Shown here: positions 56,958 to 64,000 of the stretch, piece by piece
Position numbering within the stretch: position 1 is the first letter of the stretch
Layout: each line of letters opens with the position of its first letter
Source of the DNA: an uncultured Acidobacteriota bacterium
GTDB taxonomy: Bacteria > Acidobacteriota > Vicinamibacteria > Vicinamibacterales > 2-12-FULL-66-21
NCBI GenBank assembly: GCA_963839705.1
Contig: CAWIWL010000008.1
Coordinates: 577,629-641,628 of the forward strand
Direction: 5' to 3'
DNA: 64,000 bases
The notes under the pieces: generated by a model
Database searches by the model: none
What the model was told of the DNA's origin: nothing
What the model saw: the letters and a program-made list of their open reading frames with translations, nothing else
Made by a program: the position numbers and the translations under genes

Positions 56958-57950
56958 GTGATCGAGGTTCAGCACGTCTCGAAGAGGTACGGTCGGGTGA
57001 CCGCCGTCGACGATGTCAGTTTTCGCGTGGAACGGGGTGAGATTCTGGGGTTTCTGGGCCCCAACGGCGCTGGCAAGACCACGACAATGCGCATCCTGAC
57101 CGGCTACATGCCGGCCTCGGAGGGAAAGGCGCTGGTCGCCGGCTTCGACGTGTTCGCGAATCCGCTCGATGCCAAGCGGCGCACCGGTTACCTCCCGGAA
57201 GCGCCTCCGCTCTACCCGGACATGACCGTACGCGAGTACCTCGACTTTGTCGCACGCATCAAGGGCGTGCCCCCGGGCGACCGCAAGTCGCGCGTGACGG
57301 GCGTGATGCAGAAGACGCACGTCGCCGACATGGCCGACCGCCACTGCTCGAAACTGTCCAAGGGCTACAAGCAGCGCGTCGGGCTCGCGCAAGCGCTGAT
57401 TCACAACCCCGAGGTCCTGATCCTCGACGAGCCGACGGCTGGGCTCGACCCGAAGCAGATCATCGAGACGCGGCAGCTCATACGCAGCCTCGGCGGCAGC
57501 CACACAATCGTCCTCAGCACGCACATCCTTCCCGAAGTCGCTCAGACCTGCCAGCGCGTCGTCATCATCAACAAGGGCCGGGTCGTGGCTGTCGATACGC
57601 CGGAGAATCTCACGGCCCGGCTGACGGGCGCGGAGACGATGTTCGTGCAGATCGATGCGCCGGGTACCGACATCGGCACCGAAGCGGGACGCGTGCTGGC
57701 AACGATCCCCGGCGTCACGCGCGTCCTCGCCTCGGACGGCGGCGGATTCGAGGTGGAGAGCGAGCGTGGCGTCGACGTCCGTCGGGAACTGGCGAAGACG
57801 GTCGTCACCCAGGGTTGGGGGCTGCTCGAGCTGCGGCCGATGCGCATGAGCCTCGAGGAGGTCTTCCTCCAGGTCACGACCGATGAGAGCGCGCCGGTCC
57901 CGGCCGCTCCGGTTACCGACGACACGATGCAGGAGGCGACTCGTGAGTAG
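56958..57950 (+). CDS. ABC transporter ATP-binding protein (ABC-2/GldA-like)
   Basis: Walker A GPNGAGKTT, signature LSKGYKQRV, Walker B ILILDEP. Confidence 0.9.
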   Translation: MIEVQHVSKRYGRVTAVDDVSFRVERGEILGFLGPNGAGKTTTMRILTGYMPASEGKALVAGFDVFANPLDAKRRTGYLPEAPPLYPDMTVREYLDFVARIKGVPPGDRKSRVTGVMQKTHVADMADRHCSKLSKGYKQRVGLAQALIHNPEVLILDEPTAGLDPKQIIETRQLIRSLGGSHTIVLSTHILPEVAQTCQRVVIINKGRVVAVDTPENLTARLTGAETMFVQIDAPGTDIGTEAGRVLATIPGVTRVLASDGGGFEVESERGVDVRRELAKTVVTQGWGLLELRPMRMSLEEVFLQVTTDESAPVPAAPVTDDTMQEATRE

Positions 57951-58716
57951 CGTTCGTAACACCCTTGCGATTGCGGGCAAGGAGCTCCGCGGGTACTTCG
58001 CGTCGCCGATGGGCTACATCCTGATTGGACTCTTCGCCCTGCTCTTCGGCGCCTTCTTCCGCGTCTACCTTACCGGATTCGCCGAGCAGAGCCAGCGCAT
58101 GGCGATGGGCGGCGGCGGCAACATCAACGTCAACGAGTACCTGATCCGCGGGGTGCTCCACAACGTCGCGATCATCATCCTCTTCGTGATGCCGCTCGTG
58201 ACGATGCGGACCTACGCCGAGGAGAAGCGATCGGGCACGATGGAGCTGCTGCTGACATCTCCGATCACCGACCTGCAGATCATCGTCGGCAAGTTCATCG
58301 GCGCGATGGGACTCTTCGGGGCGATGCTGCTCGTGACGGCCATCGACATCGCGATCCTCTTCAGGCTGGGCAACCCGGAGCTCAAACCGGTCCTGGCCGG
58401 CTACCTGGGGCTGCTCCTGCTCGGCGGATGCTTCATGTCGGTCGGCCTCTTCCTCTCGAGCCTGACCAAGAACCAGATCGTGGCCGGCGTCATGACGTTC
58501 GCGGTGTTCCTGATGCTGTGGATCATCAACTGGTTCGCCGATTCGGTCGGACCGACTGGGCGTGTGATTGTCGGCTTTCTGTCGATCACCGAACATCTGG
58601 ACGACTTCACCAAGGGCATCATCGACACGAAGCATCTCGTCTATTACCTGAGCTTCATCACGTTCGGCCTGTTCCTGACCGCCAAGTCGGTGGACTCCGA
58701 ACGCTGGCGCGGATAG
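57943..58716 (+). CDS. ABC-2 type transporter permease (GldF-like)
   Basis: GTG 57943 preceded by AGGAGG. KELRGYFASPMGYI N-terminus and 6 TM spans. Confidence 0.85.
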   Translation: MSSVRNTLAIAGKELRGYFASPMGYILIGLFALLFGAFFRVYLTGFAEQSQRMAMGGGGNINVNEYLIRGVLHNVAIIILFVMPLVTMRTYAEEKRSGTMELLLTSPITDLQIIVGKFIGAMGLFGAMLLVTAIDIAILFRLGNPELKPVLAGYLGLLLLGGCFMSVGLFLSSLTKNQIVAGVMTFAVFLMLWIINWFADSVGPTGRVIVGFLSITEHLDDFTKGIIDTKHLVYYLSFITFGLFLTAKSVDSERWRG

Positions 58717-58744
58717 ACGACCGACTTAACGGAACTGACGACAT

Positions 58745-60323
58745 ATGTTGAAACGACTCCTCGGACTCCTGGGCTGGCTTGGCGTCGCACTCGTCTTCGC
58801 CTCGGTCGCGATTCGGAACCTGCGGCCGGAATGGGGATGGTGGTACGGGCTGGCCATCGCCGGCCTCGTCTGCGTCCTGCTGTACGTGCTCAGCCAGTGG
58901 CGCGAAATCGCGCGGGACTTCTCGGGCCGCCAGGCCCGCTACGGGACGCTCGCGGGCGCGAGCGTCCTCATCGTCCTGGCCATCCTGGCGGCCATCAACT
59001 ATCTCGCAGAGCGTCACAACAAGCGGTGGGACCTGACGGCGGCGAGCCAGGTACTCGCTGTCGGATCAGACCAAGAAGGTGCTCCAGAGCCTGACCAAGC
59101 CGGTCCAGGCCACCGTCTTTGCCCGCACTGAGGACTTCGACCGCTTTCGTTCGCGCCTCGAGGAATACCAGTATGTGAGCAAGCAATTGCAGGTCGAGTA
59201 CGTCGACCCGGAAAAGCGCCCGTCACTCGCCGAGCGGCTGAAGGAAAACGCGCTCGGGACAGTCGTCCTCGAGTACGACGGCCGCGTGCAGCGCGTCACG
59301 TCCGACGCCGAGCAAGACCTCACCAACGGGCTGATCAAGGTCGTGCAGGGCAAACAACCGAAGGTCTACTTCATTACCGGACACGGCGAGCGCGACCTCG
59401 GCGGGTCGGACGGCGCTGGCTACTCGGGCATCGCGGAACAGCTGAAGTCGGACAACTTCCTCACCGAAGCGCTCGTTCTGCTGCAGCAGGACATTCCGGC
59501 CGACGCGGCCGTGCTGGTCGACGCGGGACCGAAGTCCGATCTGCTCGAGCCCGAAATCGGCAAGCTCAAGGCCTACCTCGCCAAGGGCGGAAAAGTCATG
59601 GTCCTCATCGACCCGCCGGCAAACCCGGACGCGCCGCCCCTCGCCAACCTCATCACGCTCCTGAAGGACTGGTCGGTGGAGGTCGGCACCGACGCGATCC
59701 TCGACCCGATGAGCCAGCTGCGAGGCACTCAGGCCGACGTGCCGGTCGCCGCGCAGTACCCGTTTCACCAGATCACGAACACGTTCCGCTTGCTGACGGC
59801 CTATCCCTTCAGCCGATCGATCAAGGCGATCGCGGGAGCACCGGGCGGACGGACGGCGACCTCGTTCGTCATGACCGGCCGGAACAGTTGGGCCGAGAGC
59901 GACCTGAAGCGCTTGACGACGAAGGGCGAGGCCGAGCCCGAGTTCGACAAGGGCGATGTTCAGGGACCGATTTCGCTGGCCGTTGCCGTCAGCGCGCCCG
60001 TCGAAGGCGCGACGCCGCCGCCACCAGCCGAGGGGCAAGACGCGAACCCGAACAAGCCGGAGACGCGTCTCGTGGTCGTCGGCGACTCCGACTTTGCCGC
60101 CAACTCCGTCGCCGGGATTCCCGGCAACCAGGACATGTTCCTGAACATGGTCAACTGGCTGGCGCAGCAGGAGAATCTGATCTCGGTGCGCCCGCGCAGC
60201 CCCGAAGACCGCCGGATCACCCTCACGGCCGGCCAGGATCGGATGATTGCCTGGTTCACGATGGTGATTCTGCCGGGTTTGGTGTTCCTCGCGGGCATTC
60301 AGACCTGGTGGCGGAGGCGGTAG
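58745..60323 (+). pseudogene. GldG-like ABC transporter auxiliary protein, frame broken by a 1-nt insertion (possibly an assembly error)
   Basis: The 5' ORF (TM spans, ...NKRWDLTAASQ) and the 3' frame (YSLSDQTKKVLQSLTKPVQATVFART...) join if one G of cca-GG-tac (59050/59051) is removed. C-terminal TM anchor present. Confidence 0.8.
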
Positions 60324-60325
60324 CC

Positions 60326-61660
60326 ATGCGCGGGCTCCGATCGTTTCTGGTCCTGGTCGTCATCGGCGCAGGCCTCGGCGCGTACCTCTACTTCGTCGAG
60401 TCGAAGCGCGATCCGTCCGATGCCGACAAGAAGGAAAAAGTCTTCACCGTCGAGTCGGAGAAGATCGACGAGCTGAACGTCAAGTCAGAATCCGGAGAGC
60501 GCACGACGCTCAAGAAGACCGACAAAGAGTGGCAGATCGTTGCACCAGTTGCGGCGCAGCCTGACAGCGCCGCGGTCTCCGGGTTGACGAGCAACCTTTC
60601 GTCGCTCGAGCTCCAACGCGTCATCGACGACAACCCGCAGGACCTCGCCGAGTACGGCCTGGCCCAGCCGCGCCTCGAAGTCGCCTTCAAGGCCGGCGGT
60701 CAGGAACACCGGCTCCTGGTTGGACGCAAGACGCCAGCCGCGACCGACCTCTACGCGAAGCTCGGCGAAGAGAAGCGTGTCTTCCTCATTCCCGGTTTCG
60801 TCGATACCACGTTCAACAAGACGACCTTCGACCTCCGCGACAAGACGGTCCTCAAGGTCGAGCGCGACAAGATCGAGACGGCGTCGATCGCCTCGCCGAA
60901 GCGCACGCTGCAGTTTGCCAAGGCCGGCGGCGAATGGACGCTGACGGCTCCGGTGAAGGCGCGCGGCGACTTCACCACAATCGATGGGCTCGTGAGTCGG
61001 CTCATCACGCTCCAGATGAAATCGCTTGTCGCGCCCGAGGCCGCCTCCCTCGCCGAGTACGGACTCGACAAGCCCGATGCGACCATCCAGCTGGGATCGG
61101 GGTCCTCGCAGGCAACGCTGCTCCTCGGGAAGACGGCGGGCGATGGCGTCATCTACGCGAAAGATCAGTCGCGGCCTGCCATCGTCACCGTCGACGAGAC
61201 GCTGCTGCCCGATGTGTCCAAAGAGATCGGCGAATACCGCCAGAAGGACCTCTTCGACGGCCGCGCGTTCAACGCGACCCGCCTCGAGGTCACGCGCAGC
61301 GGGCAGTCATCGGTGTTCGAGAAGACCAAGACGAAGAACAAGGACGGACAGGACGAAGAGAAGTGGAAGCAGTCCGCGCCGACTCCTCGCGACGTCGAGC
61401 AGTCGACGGTCGACAATCTGATCTCGGCGGTTACCGCGTCGCGCGCCACGAGCTTCGTCGACAGCGCGCCGAAGGCTGGCCTCGACAAGCCTGAGCTCGT
61501 CATCGCGCTCACCTCGGACGAAGGGAAGCGCGTGGAGAAGGTCTCCTTCTCGCGGAGCGGCGCCGAGGGCTACGGCGCCAGGGATGGCGAGCCAGGCGTC
61601 GCGAAAGTCGACGTCGCCACGATCGACAACATCGTCAAGTCGCTCGAGGCCATCAAGTAA
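60326..61660 (+). CDS. DUF4340 domain protein (usual partner of GldG-like genes)
   Basis: N-terminal TM anchor and repeated KxxxxWxLxxP modules (KTDKEWQIVAPV, KAGGEWTLTAPV, EEKWKQSAP). ATG 60326. Confidence 0.7.
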   Translation: MRGLRSFLVLVVIGAGLGAYLYFVESKRDPSDADKKEKVFTVESEKIDELNVKSESGERTTLKKTDKEWQIVAPVAAQPDSAAVSGLTSNLSSLELQRVIDDNPQDLAEYGLAQPRLEVAFKAGGQEHRLLVGRKTPAATDLYAKLGEEKRVFLIPGFVDTTFNKTTFDLRDKTVLKVERDKIETASIASPKRTLQFAKAGGEWTLTAPVKARGDFTTIDGLVSRLITLQMKSLVAPEAASLAEYGLDKPDATIQLGSGSSQATLLLGKTAGDGVIYAKDQSRPAIVTVDETLLPDVSKEIGEYRQKDLFDGRAFNATRLEVTRSGQSSVFEKTKTKNKDGQDEEKWKQSAPTPRDVEQSTVDNLISAVTASRATSFVDSAPKAGLDKPELVIALTSDEGKRVEKVSFSRSGAEGYGARDGEPGVAKVDVATIDNIVKSLEAIK

Positions 61661-61730
61661 AGCCACGGGCGACACGGACTTCACGGAGATCTTCACGGAG
61701 CCACGGACAACACGGACAACACGGATCGGC
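61661..61730. repeat. CACGGA word stutter (CA-rich) 3' of the DUF4340 gene
   Basis: Sequence agccacgggcgacacggacttcacggagatcttcacggagccacggacaacacggacaacacggatcggc. Confidence 0.75.
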
Positions 61731-61748
61731 ACCGCCACGGCCGCGTGG

Positions 61749-63257
61749 ATGGCCCTCACCTTGTCGGCCGGCTGTGCCGGAGCGCCGCCCGCGTCCCTTC
61801 CCGGCGCTGCACCTCCCGTTTCCTCGAGCCAGCCACGCAGAACTTCGCCGGCGGTCGCGCAACTGCGTCAGGAGCTGTCGCGCGTTTTTTCCGCGCCGAT
61901 CATGGCGCGCGGCGTCTGGGGCGTCGACATCCGTTCGCTCGACACGGGTGAGCACCTGTTCGATCTCAACGCCGGGCGGCTGATGATGCCGGCGTCCAAC
62001 ATGAAAATCGTCACGCTCGCCGCGGCGGCGGACGTCCTCGGCTGGGATCACCGGTTCACCACGACACTCGAAACGTCGGCGCCAGTTGAGGCCGGCATCC
62101 TGAAGGGCGACCTCATCGTTCGCGGGAGCGGCGATCCGACGATCAACACGCGCGACACCCGCGCGACGGCGGTACTCGGCGAGTGGGCGGCGGCGCTCAC
62201 GGCCGCAGGCATTCGCGGGATCGACGGCCGCGTCGTCGGCGACGACCAGCGCTTCGATGACGAGGGCATCGGCCCGGGGTGGGCGTGGGACTACCTGCAG
62301 TACGGCTACGCCGCGCCGGTTGGCGCGCTCCAGTTCAACGAGAATCTGGCGACGCTGACCGTCGGTCCGGCGGCGCAGGCCGGTGACCCGGCGCAGGTGA
62401 CGCTGACGGCCGGAGCCGGGCTGAGCATCCTGACCCGCGTTGCCACGGTCGCTGCCGGCTCGCCTACGACGGTCGACTACCGGCGGCGGCTGGATCAGCC
62501 GGTGCTCGAGGTCAGCGGAAGCGTCGCTGCCGGCGCCACCCCCCTCGAACGCACGGTGGCGGTCGTCAACCCAACGATATTCTTCGCGCAGTCGCTCAAG
62601 GATGGACTGATCGCGCGCGGCATCGCGGTCACCGGTGCTGCGGCCGACCTCGACGACGTTGCCGCCGAGCTGGCGGGATCGGTGTCAGAACGCCGCACGA
62701 TCGTGGAGACGACGTCGCCGCCGCTACGCGAGATCGCGACAGTGCTGATGAAGGTCAGCCAGAACCTGTATGCGGAGACACTCCTCAAGGCGACCGGCGC
62801 GGCTCGCGGCGGACTCGGAACCTTCGAAGGAGGTCTGGCTGCCGTGCGCGCCGCCCTAGCGTCATGGGGCGTGCCAGATGATGCCTATGTGAACGCGGAC
62901 GGATCCGGACTCTCGCGCTATAACTACCTCACCGCTTCTGCCGTGACCGCCGTGCTCGAACGCGAATACAAGGACGAGCGGCACAGGCAGGCCTTCATGG
63001 CCACGCTGCCGGTCGCCGGCAAGGCGGGCGAGGGCACGATGTCGGCACGCATGCGACGGACCCGGGCGGAAGCGAACGCGGCCGCCAAGACGGGATCGAT
63101 TTCGAACGTCCGAGCACTCTCAGGCTACGTCCGGAGCCGGGATGGCGAGATGCTCGTCTTCTCGATTCTCGCGAACGACTTTGTGATTCCCCCGGCGACG
63201 GTGAACTGGATCACGGATCTCGCAGTCGAGCACCTCGCCAACTTCACGCGGAAGTAG
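61749..63257 (+). CDS. dacB: D-alanyl-D-alanine carboxypeptidase/endopeptidase (PBP4, S13 family)
   Basis: PASNMKIV (SxxK), SQNLYAE (SxN), AKTGSI (KTG). The start is uncertain because ATG 61749 leaves a very short signal/lipobox (LSAGC). Confidence 0.8.
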   Translation: MALTLSAGCAGAPPASLPGAAPPVSSSQPRRTSPAVAQLRQELSRVFSAPIMARGVWGVDIRSLDTGEHLFDLNAGRLMMPASNMKIVTLAAAADVLGWDHRFTTTLETSAPVEAGILKGDLIVRGSGDPTINTRDTRATAVLGEWAAALTAAGIRGIDGRVVGDDQRFDDEGIGPGWAWDYLQYGYAAPVGALQFNENLATLTVGPAAQAGDPAQVTLTAGAGLSILTRVATVAAGSPTTVDYRRRLDQPVLEVSGSVAAGATPLERTVAVVNPTIFFAQSLKDGLIARGIAVTGAAADLDDVAAELAGSVSERRTIVETTSPPLREIATVLMKVSQNLYAETLLKATGAARGGLGTFEGGLAAVRAALASWGVPDDAYVNADGSGLSRYNYLTASAVTAVLEREYKDERHRQAFMATLPVAGKAGEGTMSARMRRTRAEANAAAKTGSISNVRALSGYVRSRDGEMLVFSILANDFVIPPATVNWITDLAVEHLANFTRK

Positions 63258-63289
63258 ATCCCGGACGGATCTCAGAGTCGTCTCAACGC

Positions 63290-63334
63290 GACGCGGATCA
63301 CGCGGATTCATCACGGGACGCGGATCACGCGGAT
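63290..63334. repeat. 18-nt direct repeat, 27-nt period, duplicating the stop region of the minus-strand AlaX-like gene
   Basis: gacgcggatcacgcggat occurs at 63290-63307 and 63317-63334. On the minus strand this reads TCC GCG TGA ... TCC GCG TGA in frame. Confidence 0.8.
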
Positions 63335-64000
63335 CTCTGAGGGGACTCAATCAAGGCCCGCGCCGCGGCGAGCATCGCGTTCACGTCGCCCTGCAGCCCT
63401 CCGCCCTGCGCGAGCTCCGGGCGGCCCCCGCCTTTCCCACCGAATGCCGCCGTCAGTTGCTTGAGGATCGACGAGCTGTCGAAGGCTACGTCCGGCGCGC
63501 GGGCCACGACGATCGCTGAGGGTGCGGGAGCGCTGACAAGGAGGGCCAGGTATCCAGGCCGGGCGGCGATGGCCGCCGCGATCGTTTTGAGACCATTGGC
63601 GTCCCAGCCCTCGAGCGCGGCTACGACGACGCGCGTCGAGCCGGCGGAAACGGCGCCGTCGGCAAGCGCCGCGGCCTCGTGTCCCGCCAGGCGCGTCTGT
63701 AGATCCTTGACCTGACGTCGCAAGTCTCGCGCCTCGGTCTGGTGCCGCTCGATCGCGGCTGGAAGCTCCGCCGGAAGGACGGAGAGCAGCCGCACGCTTG
63801 CCGCCACGCTGTCCCCAAGCGCGTGAAAGCCCGCGAGCGCCCGTCCCCCGCAGAGGAACTCGAGACGCGTGCCCCCCTTGAACTTCTCAGAGCCCGCCAC
63901 CGCGATGATCCCGATCGCTCCCGTCCGCGCCACATGCGTGCCACCGCAAGCCGAGACGTCGAACTCCTCCACTTCAACCAGCCTCAGGACGCCTTCGCGC
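63325..64000 (-). CDS. alanyl-tRNA editing protein (AlaX-L type) or AlaS C-terminal region; 3' part only, continues past the window end
   Basis: CGGTHV editing motif, KGGTRLEFLCGGRA, and a DHHA1-type end GGKGGGRPELAQGGG. The frame stays open upstream to position 64000. Confidence 0.7.
   Translation of the reverse strand, partial: REGVLRLVEVEEFDVSACGGTHVARTGAIGIIAVAGSEKFKGGTRLEFLCGGRALAGFHALGDSVAASVRLLSVLPAELPAAIERHQTEARDLRRQVKDLQTRLAGHEAAALADGAVSAGSTRVVVAALEGWDANGLKTIAAAIAARPGYLALLVSAPAPSAIVVARAPDVAFDSSSILKQLTAAFGGKGGGRPELAQGGGLQGDVNAMLAAARALIESPQRSA

Overview
High-GC (roughly two-thirds G+C) bacterial chromosomal core region. It is probably Acidobacteriota, judged from three VWFA-related TIGR03436-like paralogs, PD40 proteins and the overall gene content; this assignment is an inference. 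The window is dominated by housekeeping operons:
- A heme operon (ccsA-like, hemA, hemC, cobA-hemD, hemB), with hemL separate.
- MEP/isoprenoid genes (ispG; uppS-cdsA-dxr-rseP).
- Pyrimidine genes (pyrR-pyrB-pyrC plus a PRTase; pyrK-pyrD-pyrF; pyrE).
- Envelope genes (TolC, Pal, PBP4, GT2/GT4, a DUF2723 transferase), a GldA/F/G-like ABC system with DUF4340, and an ArsR/P-type ATPase metal module.

I saw no rRNA, tRNA, CRISPR array, transposase, integrase, prophage or recognisable defense/toxin system, and no convincing novel multi-gene system. Many long ORFs in the track are antisense or alternate-frame shadows typical of high-GC DNA.

The unusual content is structural:
1. Four housekeeping-type genes (truA, pyrR, a larE-like gene, a gldG-like gene) each carry a +1 nt frameshift that can be placed at the GG of a GGTAC.
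2. Perfect in-frame tandem repeats sit inside pyrF and truA.
3. Most intergenic spacers are built from locus-specific short word stutters or palindromes. Several of these provide gene ends or duplicate stop codons.
4. An orphan LysW-like zinc-ribbon carrier with a long poly-Asp linker lies in an apparent operon with a PP-loop (LarE-like) ATPase and a DUF2723 membrane transferase.
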